Under the pieces are notes generated by a model. That model saw only the letters and a program-made list of their open reading frames with translations, was not told the DNA's origin and searched no databases. Source: Deltaproteobacteria bacterium (GTDB lineage Bacteria; Myxococcota; UBA727; VGSZ01). Taken from it: 64,000 nucleotides of DNA. Of the stretch, positions 47,044 through 56,270 are shown piece by piece (the first letter of the stretch is position 1; each line of letters starts with the position of its first letter). The stretch covers positions 4,712 through 68,711 of the forward strand of contig JADZDP010000177.1 in the NCBI GenBank assembly GCA_020850995.1. The letters are read 5' to 3'. Both the position numbers and the translations under genes were made by a program.

Positions 47044-47952
47044 CCGATGCACGCCGATCGCCGGGTCTCGCTCGATGCCGCATTCCTCGCCGCGCTCAAG
47101 GCCGAGCGCAGCGCGCGTCGCGGCGCCGACAAGCCGGCCGCTCCCAGCATCACCAAGGGGGCGGTGGAGCGCGCGCTCGGCGGGCTCGCGGGCGACCAGG
47201 GCGAGCGTGTCGACGTGGTGGCGCGCTTCCTCGACGGCACCGACGCCACCGCGCTGACACCGGCGGCGCGCGCGGCCTTGCTCGCCTTCGTGCAGGCACA
47301 GCAGGGATCGGCGGGCGGCACGTCGGTGACCGACGCCCCCGTGGCCACGTCGCAGGTGGGTCGCTCAGGCAGCGCGCGCGCGCGCGTGCTGCACCTCCTC
47401 GCGCAGCACAGCAGCGTCGACCAGACCAAGCAGCGCAGCGCGCGCGTCACCGGCTGGCTCGACGTCGCCGAGGCCGACCTGCTGCGGGCCGGCGCGCGCT
47501 TGGCCGGCCTCGCCCACGAGGCGACCAGCGCGTTCAGCGGGGGCGTGGCGACCACCGGCGCAGACGAGCTCGCGACGCTCATCGACGGGGCCACCAAGCA
47601 CAGAGTTCAGCGCGGCGACGTCGAGGAGGTGCGCCGCTGGCTGGCCACGCCGCCGCTGCCGCCCGCCCGCGTCGACGAGCTGCGCCGCTGCTTCGAGCGC
47701 CTCGATCGCGCCGGCACCTTGTCGTGGACGCCGGGGAGCGTGGCCGAGCTGCAGCCGGGCACGCGCTTCGCTCGCGTGGAGCTGGCGCGCGAGCGCCATG
47801 GCGATGGGTTCAGCTTCACGGCGTGGATCCCGCTCGGAGCGCGCGGTCGATCGGGCGGCGCCGCGCGCGACATCGGCGAGTTCTACGTCGAGCGCACCGG
47901 CGGCTTCGCGGGCCTGACGCTCTCGGTGGGCCCGCTGCAGCTCGGTAGCTGA
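47044..47952 (+). CDS. Hypothetical protein
   Basis: Start at MHADRR (internal M of table ORF 46930..); no domains. Confidence 0.35.
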   Translation, partial: PMHADRRVSLDAAFLAALKAERSARRGADKPAAPSITKGAVERALGGLAGDQGERVDVVARFLDGTDATALTPAARAALLAFVQAQQGSAGGTSVTDAPVATSQVGRSGSARARVLHLLAQHSSVDQTKQRSARVTGWLDVAEADLLRAGARLAGLAHEATSAFSGGVATTGADELATLIDGATKHRVQRGDVEEVRRWLATPPLPPARVDELRRCFERLDRAGTLSWTPGSVAELQPGTRFARVELARERHGDGFSFTAWIPLGARGRSGGAARDIGEFYVERTGGFAGLTLSVGPLQLGS

Positions 47953-48119
47953 CGCGCGCGACGAGCACATGGCCCTTAGGGCCCGCGAACCGACAACTCA
48001 ATCGTCCTCGCGAGCGATCCATCGTCGCTGGCGGCGTCGCGTCCTCGGTCCGTGGCGACGGCCACGGCCCTGCGGGCCTCCTTGCCATCGACGCGCCTCG
48101 CTCGCGATCACCGATCGAC

Positions 48120-48734
48120 TTGTCCGTTCGCGGGCCCTTACCGCGGATGGGCAGGTCGCGTACCGTGCGGGTCATGGCGGGGAAGAGGTCTCTTGCAGTG
48201 CGCGCGGCCGAGCGGCTCGCCGGGCCGAGCGTCGCCGCCCGCGTCGACGACGCGCAGCACTGGACGCGCCCCATGGTGGAGCGCGCCATCCTGGTGTTCG
48301 ACGAGCTCGATCGCCTGCCGCCATTCGACGAGGACGCCATCCGTGGGCGCGTGCTCGACTTCCTCGCCTTCGCCGATCGGGTGGCGCTCGGCGGCGTGGC
48401 CGACGAGGCGGCGCCGCTGGCGCGGGCCTTCGTCGAGCGCGGCTATCGCTGGTTGGCCGACCACCCCCAGCTGGCGCCCTTCACCACGCCGGCATGGTCG
48501 GCGCTGATGGTCGAAGAGGTGATCCAGTGGTTCTCGGCCGCCACCAGCGGCGCGCCCGACGCTGGCGCCAGCGCCGAGATCGGGCGCCGCCTGCGCACCT
48601 TCGCCGCCGTGGTGAGCACCGGTGCTGTGGAGAGCGGCGACGCCGCGAGCTTGGCCGAGGCCTTCTTGGCGCACGCGACCCATTGGGTCGAACGCCACCC
48701 GCACGCCAAGGCCGCCTTCGAACAGCAGCACTGA
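48120..48734 (+). CDS. Hypothetical protein
   Basis: ORF only. Confidence 0.3.
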   Translation: MSVRGPLPRMGRSRTVRVMAGKRSLAVRAAERLAGPSVAARVDDAQHWTRPMVERAILVFDELDRLPPFDEDAIRGRVLDFLAFADRVALGGVADEAAPLARAFVERGYRWLADHPQLAPFTTPAWSALMVEEVIQWFSAATSGAPDAGASAEIGRRLRTFAAVVSTGAVESGDAASLAEAFLAHATHWVERHPHAKAAFEQQH

Positions 48735-48827
48735 AGCGGGGCGCCGCGGCGCTCCCTGCTTGGCGCGCACCTCGCGCGGTGCGCGCTCGCCCTCAGCAGA
48801 TCGTCGTCACGCGCGCTGCGCGCTCGC

Positions 48828-49871
48828 TCACGCGTCGATGAGCGTGAACGAGAAGCCGCGCCCGCCGACGCGGTCGATGAAGCGCTGCATGGCGTCGGGC
48901 GGCAAGGTCTGGCAACCGATGGACTTCGGGCTGTTCTGAAAGCCCGCGTGGAACAGGATGCCCGACAGCGTGTCGCCACGCCGGCGCGAGCGCTCGACCT
49001 CCGCCGCCGAGTAGCGGCCGTCGTCGTTGCCATCGCGCACGCCGGGGATGTTGCCGCTGCCCGCGCGCGTGCGCACGTGAAAGCTCGGCATACCGTTGTG
49101 GTTGCCGTTGCTGACGGCGCGGTAGTTGCCGGCGCTGATGCGCCCCACGTGGTCCACCAGCGAGGTGGTGTGCTGCCCCGCGTGGGTGGCGCCGCGCAGC
49201 TCGAGCACGCGCTGATCGGGCGTGAGCACCACGAAGGTGTCGTCGTACTGGCGGTTGTTGGTGGAGGCGTGGCGGTTGCCGTGCGCGTCCAGGCCGCGGA
49301 TGCCGAGCACCGTGGGCTTGCCGTCGGCGCACACCTCGCCACCATTGGCGCGGACCAGGGCCGCGTAGTGGTCCCACTTCTGCCGTTCGCTCATGGAGCG
49401 TGGCGCCAGCTCCACGGCGCCGCTGCCGCCGGGCGTGGGCTCGGTGCGCTCGGCGGCGCGGCGCTGCGACTCGACGCGGGCGCGCTGCTGGAAGTCGGCG
49501 CCGCTTTGGCCCGGCACGCGGTCGCCAGGCGCGGGCTGCAGCCCGCGATCGCTGCCGCGGCGCCGATCGACGCCGGCGGTAGGCGTGCCGAGCTCGCGCA
49601 GGGTCTCTTTACCGATGACCCCGTCGGGCACCAGGCCGCGGCTCCTCTGGAAGGCCACCAAGGCTTCGCGCGTGTCGGGGCCGAGCTTGCCGTCGATGCC
49701 CTTCGGCCCCACCGAGAAGCCGTGGGCCTCGAGCAAGCGCTGGGCCTCGGCCACCTCGGGCCCGTCGGCGCCCCGGCGCAGCGTCTGACCCGCTTCGATC
49801 TTCTGGGTCAGCTGGTCGGCCCGCGGCAGCTCGCGGGGGCGGCGGACATCGGCGGCACAAACAGCGCTCAT
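48828..49871 (-). CDS. Peptidoglycan-binding-domain protein (PG_binding_1-like) with C-terminal putative hydrolase-like domain
   Basis: GADGPEVAEAQRLLEAHGFSVGPKGIDGKLGPDTREALVAFQRSRGLVPDGVIGKETLRELG matches the PGBD fold pattern. Confidence 0.5.
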   Translation of the reverse strand: MSAVCAADVRRPRELPRADQLTQKIEAGQTLRRGADGPEVAEAQRLLEAHGFSVGPKGIDGKLGPDTREALVAFQRSRGLVPDGVIGKETLRELGTPTAGVDRRRGSDRGLQPAPGDRVPGQSGADFQQRARVESQRRAAERTEPTPGGSGAVELAPRSMSERQKWDHYAALVRANGGEVCADGKPTVLGIRGLDAHGNRHASTNNRQYDDTFVVLTPDQRVLELRGATHAGQHTTSLVDHVGRISAGNYRAVSNGNHNGMPSFHVRTRAGSGNIPGVRDGNDDGRYSAAEVERSRRRGDTLSGILFHAGFQNSPKSIGCQTLPPDAMQRFIDRVGGRGFSFTLIDA

Positions 49872-50032
49872 GGCAGCCTCGAGGGGTTGACCAGGAGGTT
49901 TTCGCTGACCGCAAGGTCGCCGTTCTCCCTTCAGCGCGATCTGGCCTCGGTCAGCCGCCTGATCTGCCGCGGATCACATCTCGTACATCATCCCACAGGC
50001 GATACTCTCCAGGTCCCCTCCCGGGAGGCCCC

Positions 50033-50929
50033 GTGCTCGCAGAAGACCGCAAGGCGCTGATCACCATCACGCTCACCGCCGCTGACGCCGCCTACGCCGA
50101 CCGCGGCCTGAGCTTGGCCGCGCAGGCCTACGAGGACGCCGCGCGCCTGGCGCAAGATCAGGGCGACCACCTGGCGCGCGCCCGCGCGCTCTTTGGCGCC
50201 GGGCAGGTGTGCCGCGAGCGCGACCAGCAGGCGAGCGCCGCCGTGCACTTCGCCGACGCGCTGGCGGCGTTCCTCGCCGCCGGCGACGAACAAGCCGCGG
50301 CGCGCGCCTTGGCCGGCGTCACCGCGCTGGCCGCCGACCCGCGCGCCCTGGTGGTGCACCGCGCCCTCGCCTTTGCGCGCGCGCTGGCCCCTGGCGACGA
50401 CGCCGACGCCTTCGCCCGCGCCGGCGACGAGGTGCTGCGCCTGCTCAAGGGCGCCGCCGCCGAGCCCGTCATCGACGCCGCGCTCAGCCTGTGCACGCAA
50501 GCGCTCACCGTAGAGCGCGCCGACCTGAGCGCGCGCTGGCTGTTCTCGGCCGCGGGCTCGTTGCGCGCCTTGGCCGCGCGTGGGCCCGACCCACGCGTGG
50601 CGCGCGCCTCCGATCTCCTCTCGCGCACGCTCGGCTTGGCCCGCGTGTCGGCGGGCGAGGGCGACGCAGACGACGCGTGGGCCTTCGCGCTGGCCGAGCT
50701 TGGCGCCGAGCTCGGCGACCGCGCCCTCGACGAGCTGCGCCGCCTGCGCGCGCACCTGCAGCGCGCGCGCCTCTTGGTGGAGGGCGGTCGGCCTGCCCAG
50801 GCGCTGCAAAGCGCCAAGCAGGCCTTCGTGCTGGCGCGGAGCGCCCTGGGCGACGAGGACCCGGTGACCCAAGAGGCCCTGGCGCTGCGCACCCAGGCGG
50901 CCCAGGCGGCCCCGGCAGCCCGCGCCTGA
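50033..50929 (+). CDS. Ala-rich helical repeat (TPR-like) hypothetical protein
   Basis: Repetitive A..A..L.A..G pattern. Confidence 0.35.
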   Translation: MLAEDRKALITITLTAADAAYADRGLSLAAQAYEDAARLAQDQGDHLARARALFGAGQVCRERDQQASAAVHFADALAAFLAAGDEQAAARALAGVTALAADPRALVVHRALAFARALAPGDDADAFARAGDEVLRLLKGAAAEPVIDAALSLCTQALTVERADLSARWLFSAAGSLRALAARGPDPRVARASDLLSRTLGLARVSAGEGDADDAWAFALAELGAELGDRALDELRRLRAHLQRARLLVEGGRPAQALQSAKQAFVLARSALGDEDPVTQEALALRTQAAQAAPAARA

Positions 50930-51035
50930 GCCCACCGATCGCGAGCTCCGGGGCTGGCGGGGGCGCACCAGGGCAAATTGACGCACCGTGACGTGACGCA
51001 TTGACAAATTTGTCAAAAGGCGTCCACGCTGTGAC

Positions 51036-53003
51036 ATGACGCGCCCCACCTCGACCAACTTCTTCCTCGACAACGACGACCTGCGCTTCCAGCTCTCCCG
51101 CGTCGACTGGGCGACGCTGGTGTCGTTGCAGGAGGCGGCCTTCGCCGACGAGGACGGCTTCAAGGATCCCGCGGAGGCGCGCGCCTTCTACGAGGACGTG
51201 TTGTCGAACCTGGGCGAGTTCGTGGCGCGCGAGATCGCCGCCCACGAGCACGAGCTCGATACCCAGCACCCCGAGCTCAAGGACGGCGAGGTGGTGCCGC
51301 CGCCGCGCATGAAGAAGATCCTCGACCAGATGCAGGCCCTGGGCGCGCTCTCGCTCACGTTGCCGCGTCGCCTGGGCGGCTCCAACGTGCCGATCCTGGT
51401 GCAGAACGTGTTGGTCGAGCTGGTCACGCGCGCCGACGCCAGCGTGGCCGCCGAGTTCGGCTTCTACTCGGGCATCGGCCAGGCGCTGCTCTTCTACTCG
51501 ATGGAAGAGGGCAGCGTGGAGATCAAGGACGGCGTGCCGGTGAAGACCCGCTTCGACGACGTGGTGCGCCGCATCGCCGAGCACCAGGAGTGGGGCGCCA
51601 TGGTGCTTACCGAGCCCGGCGCCGGCAGCGATCTTGGGCAGATCAAGGCCAAGGCTGTGCTCTCGCCCGACGGCAGCTGGCGCGTCACCGGGCAGAAGAT
51701 CTTCATCACCGCCGGTCACGGCGATCACCACATCGTCATCGCGCGCTCGGAGGAAGAGGGCACGCACCCGGGTCTCAAGGGCCTGTCGCTCTTCTACGTG
51801 CCCCGCTTCGTCGACGCGCAGGGCCAGCGCTGCAAGAAGAGCGACCCCGGGGCCAAGCGCAACTTCGACATCGGCGGCGTCGAGCACAAGATGGGTCAGC
51901 ACTCGGCGGTGGCCGCCACCATCAACTACGAAGACTCGAGGGCCGAGCTGCTCGGCCAGCGTGGCCACGGCTTCCTCGGCATGTTGATGCTGATGAACAA
52001 CGCGCGCATCAGCGTGGGCTTCGAGGGCATCGGCACCTGCGAGACCGCCTATCGCATGGCGCGCGCCTACGCCGAGGAGCGCGTCACCATGGGCAAGCCC
52101 ATCGCGCGCCACGAGATGATCGCCGACGAGCTCGACGAGATGGAGGTGGTGATCCGCGGCCTGCGTGCCATCACCTTCGAGGCCGCCTTCCACGAGGAGG
52201 TGAGCGCGCGCCTCAAGCTCATGAGCAAGGTGAAGCCCGAGGCCACCGAGGAGGCGAAGAAGGAGACCGAGAAGAAGGTGCGCCGCCACAAGCGCAAGGC
52301 GCGCGCGCTCACGCCGCTCATCAAGTACTGGGCGGGCGAGGAGTGCGTGCGCATGGCGCGCATGTGCATGCAGATCATGGGAGGCGTCGGCTACATCACC
52401 GAGACCGGCGCCGAGAAGATCTTGCGCGACGCGCTGGTCATCCCCGTCTACGAGGGCACCAGCCAAATCCAGGCGCTGATGGCGCTGAAAGACAACCTGC
52501 AGGCGGCCATCAGGAACCCCACGCGCTTCCTCTCCGAGCTCGCCACCGCGCGCTTGGAGACCCTGTCGGCGCGCGCCGAGCTCGAGAAGGGCGAGGCGCG
52601 CCTGCGCCACCACGCCATGAGCGCCATGCAGACCATCATCACGCGCATCGCGGCCGACAAGCTCGGCGACGTGCGCGGGCGCCCCTTGGCCGAGTGGAAG
52701 AGCGCCTTCATGAAGGACTGGGATCCGCAGAAGGACTTCTCGTTCGGTCTGTTGCACGCCGAGCGTTTGACCAAGCTGCTCACCTGGTCGGCGGTGGCCG
52801 AGACCCTGGTGCGCCAGGCCAACGAGGTGAAGGGCACGGCCGACTACGAGGAGCGCGCGGCGCTGGCCTTGCGCTTCATCGAGCGCTTCGAGCCCCGCGC
52901 GCGCGGCGTGGTGGCCGAGATCGAGGCCACCGGCGGCTCGCTCATCGGGCGCGTGTTGGCGCGGCCCAGGCGCGAACGCGCCGCGGCCAAGGCGGCGGAG
53001 TAG
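51036..53003 (+). CDS. Acyl-CoA dehydrogenase (long, ~650 aa FadE-like form)
   Basis: ACAD motifs: TEPGAGSDLG; ...GMLMLMNNARISVG..; YEGTSQIQ. Confidence 0.85.
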   Translation: MTRPTSTNFFLDNDDLRFQLSRVDWATLVSLQEAAFADEDGFKDPAEARAFYEDVLSNLGEFVAREIAAHEHELDTQHPELKDGEVVPPPRMKKILDQMQALGALSLTLPRRLGGSNVPILVQNVLVELVTRADASVAAEFGFYSGIGQALLFYSMEEGSVEIKDGVPVKTRFDDVVRRIAEHQEWGAMVLTEPGAGSDLGQIKAKAVLSPDGSWRVTGQKIFITAGHGDHHIVIARSEEEGTHPGLKGLSLFYVPRFVDAQGQRCKKSDPGAKRNFDIGGVEHKMGQHSAVAATINYEDSRAELLGQRGHGFLGMLMLMNNARISVGFEGIGTCETAYRMARAYAEERVTMGKPIARHEMIADELDEMEVVIRGLRAITFEAAFHEEVSARLKLMSKVKPEATEEAKKETEKKVRRHKRKARALTPLIKYWAGEECVRMARMCMQIMGGVGYITETGAEKILRDALVIPVYEGTSQIQALMALKDNLQAAIRNPTRFLSELATARLETLSARAELEKGEARLRHHAMSAMQTIITRIAADKLGDVRGRPLAEWKSAFMKDWDPQKDFSFGLLHAERLTKLLTWSAVAETLVRQANEVKGTADYEERAALALRFIERFEPRARGVVAEIEATGGSLIGRVLARPRRERAAAKAAE

Positions 53004-53009
53004 CGCCCG

Positions 53010-53483
53010 CTACTTATGGTACGGGCCGCCGCGCGCGATCTCGGCGGCCCGGTAGAGCTGCTCGCACAGCACGCACACGGCGAGGCGGTGCGCCAGCGTC
53101 AGCGACGACAGCGACCACACCTCGTCGGCCGCGTCGGTGACGCGCGCGTGCAGGCCGGTGGCGCCGCCGATCAAGAACGCCAGCGGCTTGCCGCGCGCCA
53201 GCAGCTTCTCGAGGCGCGCCGCCAGCGCCTCCGACGAGGGAAACGCGCTGCCACCGGCGTCGAGCGCCACGCGCGTGCACCCCTCGGACGCGGCCAAGAG
53301 GCGCTCGGCCTCGTCGCCCTTCACGCGCGCGTCGTCGGCGCCTTTGCCGCGCTTGGCAGGAGCGAGCGCCACCAGGCCGGCGTCGAGGCGCCGGCCGGCG
53401 CGCTCGAGGTAGGCCGCCGCCGCTTGCTGCAGCGGGTCGCGCGCGTCCTCACCGAGGAAGATCACGCGGCAGCGCTGCCTCAT
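53010..53483 (-). CDS. rlmH: 23S rRNA (pseudouridine1915-N3)-methyltransferase
   Basis: SPOUT C-terminus LAFLIGGATGL...WSLSSLTLAHRLAVCVLCEQLYRAAEIARGGPYHK; start MRQRCRVIFLGE (M64 of table ORF); ATGA overlap with rsfS. Confidence 0.8.
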   Translation of the reverse strand: MRQRCRVIFLGEDARDPLQQAAAAYLERAGRRLDAGLVALAPAKRGKGADDARVKGDEAERLLAASEGCTRVALDAGGSAFPSSEALAARLEKLLARGKPLAFLIGGATGLHARVTDAADEVWSLSSLTLAHRLAVCVLCEQLYRAAEIARGGPYHK

Positions 53484-54190
53484 TCGTTGGCGGCGAAGGC
53501 CGGGCTCTCGTCGGCATCGGCGCGGGCGGCGGCCTCGAGCGCTGCGTAGCGCTTCAGGCCGACGGCTTCGTCGACTGGCACGTGCGCTGCGTCTTGCCAG
53601 AAGCCCTCGAGGTCGTAGTACTGCCGCGCGCTGCCCAAGAACACGTGCAGCACCACGGCGCCGTAGTCGCACAGCACCCAGTGGCCCTGCTCGAGCCCCT
53701 CGGTGCCGAAGCTGCCCTTGCCGGCGCGCTTCATCTCTTCAGCCACGTGGCGCGCGATGGCCTGCACCTGCCGCTCGCTCGGCGCCGACGCGAGCACGAA
53801 GTAGTCGGCATAGCTGGTCAGCTCGGTGACGTGCAGGATGACGACGTCCTCGGCCTTCTTGGCCAGGGCAAGCGCGGCCAGCACCTGCGCGAGCAGCTCG
53901 GTGGGGTCGGGCGGCGCCCGTGGCGCCGGTGGGGCGGGCGCGAGCACGACGGCGGGCTTCAAGGCTGCGGGCTTGTTGGCCGCGCCTTTGGCGCGCGCGG
54001 GCGCCTTCGTGCTCTTGGGGCGCGCCTTGCTGGCCTTCACCCTCGTGCCGCCCTTCGCGGGCTTGGCGGCGGGTGCGCTCTTCTTGCTCTTGCCGGCGGC
54101 CTTGGTGGTGGCCTTCGTCGCGGCCTTCTTGGCGGGCTTCTTGGTGGAACGCGAGGGCGCAGTCGCTGCGCGCTTCTTCTTGGCCGGCAC
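53480..54190 (-). CDS. rsfS: Ribosomal silencing factor RsfS (Iojap) with Lys/Ala-rich N-terminal extension
   Basis: C-terminal core DVVILHVTELTSYADYFVLASAPSERQVQAIARHVAEEMKRAG...GHWVLCDYGAVVLHVF. Start uncertain (non-ATG; set to about 54190 to avoid overlap with the upstream gene). Confidence 0.7.
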   Translation of the reverse strand: MPAKKKRAATAPSRSTKKPAKKAATKATTKAAGKSKKSAPAAKPAKGGTRVKASKARPKSTKAPARAKGAANKPAALKPAVVLAPAPPAPRAPPDPTELLAQVLAALALAKKAEDVVILHVTELTSYADYFVLASAPSERQVQAIARHVAEEMKRAGKGSFGTEGLEQGHWVLCDYGAVVLHVFLGSARQYYDLEGFWQDAAHVPVDEAVGLKRYAALEAAARADADESPAFAANE

Positions 54191-54219
54191 TGGTGCTCCT
54201 GACGTTGAACGCGCGGCCC

Positions 54220-54915
54220 TTAGAGGCTGCAGTTGTTGGCGGCGGGCGCGCAGGTGCCCAGGTCGACGGGCAGCTCGAACATGCCGCCGGCGAAGCCACA
54301 GCACAGCTCATCGGCGTTGCAGTCGTCGGTGGTGATGCACACCACCGAGTCGGTCTGGCCCGCCTGGGTGCAGGTGCCGGCAGCCACGCAGCTCGTCGAG
54401 AAGGTGTCGCCGTCGATGCAGCACTCTTCGCCAACCTCGCAGTCTTCGGCGCCGTCGCAGGCGAGGGGGATCGCAGCCAGCCCCCCCACACAGGCGTCAC
54501 CAGGCTCGATGCAGGTGCCGACGATGCCAGCGTTGACGGTCACGCAGCAGGTCGTGGCCGGGTCTGCGCAGGTGGCGGCGTCGCACACGACGCCGTCCTC
54601 GGCGGTGCCGCTGTACTCCTCGCCTTGGATGACCTCGCACGCGGTGCCCGTGCAGGCCTCGTTTTGCGCGCAGGGCGCGATCACGGGGTCGCCGTCGGCG
54701 TCGCAGGTGCGCTCGCTCTGCGGCGTCTCGCAGCCGGGCACGCACTCGCCCTCGCCCTCGCCCTCGCCTTCGCCCTCACCCTCGGTGCCCGCGTCCAGCA
54801 CGTCGACGCCGGCGTCGTCGTCGTCGTCGTCGTCGCTGCCGGGGGGCGGGCAGGCGGCCAGGCCGATCAGCAGGGTGGGCAGGGCGAGCACGAGCAAGCG
54901 CAGGTCGAAGGTCAT
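54220..54915 (-). CDS. Secreted Cys-rich lipoprotein with poly-Asp/(GE)n linker (paralog of 32001..32867)
   Basis: MTFDLRLLVLALPTLLIGLAAC; DDDDDDD and GEGEGEGEGEGE; roughly 65% identity with the other paralog over ~170 aa. Confidence 0.65.
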   Translation of the reverse strand: MTFDLRLLVLALPTLLIGLAACPPPGSDDDDDDDAGVDVLDAGTEGEGEGEGEGEGECVPGCETPQSERTCDADGDPVIAPCAQNEACTGTACEVIQGEEYSGTAEDGVVCDAATCADPATTCCVTVNAGIVGTCIEPGDACVGGLAAIPLACDGAEDCEVGEECCIDGDTFSTSCVAAGTCTQAGQTDSVVCITTDDCNADELCCGFAGGMFELPVDLGTCAPAANNCSL

Positions 54916-55022
54916 GGGAGCGATCCTCGGCCCCAAGCATGACACCCCCGCGCCGCGGCGCAACCGGGCGCGACTTGCCCGCGCGCTCTTGCAGGAGCGC
55001 GCGCAGGTCGGCAGATGGGGGC

Positions 55023-56270
55023 ATGAGCGAGGCCGCGTCGGTGAGCGCCCCCATCGTCGAGGAGTCGCAGCGAAAGCGTGCGCTCGCCGTCGCCTTCGTC
55101 ACGCTCTTCCTCGACCTGCTCGGCTTCGGCGTCATCATCCCCATCCAGCCCTTCTACGCCGAGAGCTTCGGCGCCTCGCCCACGGTGGTGACGCTGATCG
55201 GCGCCAGCTACTCGCTGATGCAGTTCGTGTTCGCGCCCGTCTGGGGGCGGCTCTCCGATCGCATCGGCCGTCGCCCGGTGGTGCTCATCTCGGTGGCCTT
55301 CGGCGGCGTGGGCTTCTTGGTGTTCGGCCTGGCGCAGAGCCTGGTCATGTTGTTCGTGGCGCGCATGATCGCCGGCTTCGGCAACGCCAACCTCGGCACC
55401 GTGCAGGCGCTGGTCGCCGACGTGACGCCGGGGCACGCGCGCACCAAGGCCATGGGCCTCTTGGGCGCGGCCTTCGGCCTCGGCTTCGTCTTTGGCCCGG
55501 TCATCGGCGGCCTGGTGGGCTCGGCCTTTGGCCCCGCGGCGCCGGCCTTCGTGTCGGCGGCGCTGGCCGGCCTCAACTGGCTCCTCGCCTTCGCGCTCTT
55601 GCCCGAGACGCGTCTCCCGGGCGCCGCCACCGTGCGCGCCGCGCGGGGCCTGCGCGCCCTCGGCGAGGTGCGCGCGCTCGTCAACGTGCCGCGGCTCTTG
55701 GTCATCATCCTCGTGTTCACCACCGGATTCTCGCTCATGGAGACGGCGCTGGCGCTCTTCGTCGAGCACCAGTTCGTGGCGAAGGACATCCTCGGCACCG
55801 ACGCCGGGCACCGCACGGCGACGCGCCTCACCACGTGGGTGTTGTTGGCGGTGGGCGTCACCGCGGTCATCGTGCAGGGCGGCCTCATCGGGCCCGCCCG
55901 TCGTCGGCTCGGCGAGAAGGCGCTCATCGTTGGTGGTGCTGCGCTGTGCGCGCTCTCCTTCGTAGGCATCGCGTTGGTGCCGAGCTACGCGCTCTTGTTC
56001 GCGCCCATCGTGGTGCTCTCGGTGGGCTCGGGCGTGTTCTCGCCCTCGCAGTCGAGCCTCTTGTCCCGCTCCGTCGACGCCGACCGGCAAGGGGCGACGC
56101 TTGGGCTCTCGCAGTCGGCGTCGGCGCTGGGCCGCATCCTCGGGCCCGCCGTGTCGGGCCTGCTCTTCGAGCGCGCGCACGGCATGCCCTTCGTGGTGGG
56201 CGCGGCGCTGATCGGCGTGGGCGCGGCAGTGGCGCTGGGCCTGCGACCGCCGGACCAGCCCGAGGCGTGA
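55023..56270 (+). CDS. MFS transporter (DHA1-like)
   Basis: 12 predicted TM; MFS motif GRLSDRIGRRPV; ATG 55023 (MSEAASVS). Confidence 0.8.
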   Translation: MSEAASVSAPIVEESQRKRALAVAFVTLFLDLLGFGVIIPIQPFYAESFGASPTVVTLIGASYSLMQFVFAPVWGRLSDRIGRRPVVLISVAFGGVGFLVFGLAQSLVMLFVARMIAGFGNANLGTVQALVADVTPGHARTKAMGLLGAAFGLGFVFGPVIGGLVGSAFGPAAPAFVSAALAGLNWLLAFALLPETRLPGAATVRAARGLRALGEVRALVNVPRLLVIILVFTTGFSLMETALALFVEHQFVAKDILGTDAGHRTATRLTTWVLLAVGVTAVIVQGGLIGPARRRLGEKALIVGGAALCALSFVGIALVPSYALLFAPIVVLSVGSGVFSPSQSSLLSRSVDADRQGATLGLSQSASALGRILGPAVSGLLFERAHGMPFVVGAALIGVGAAVALGLRPPDQPEA

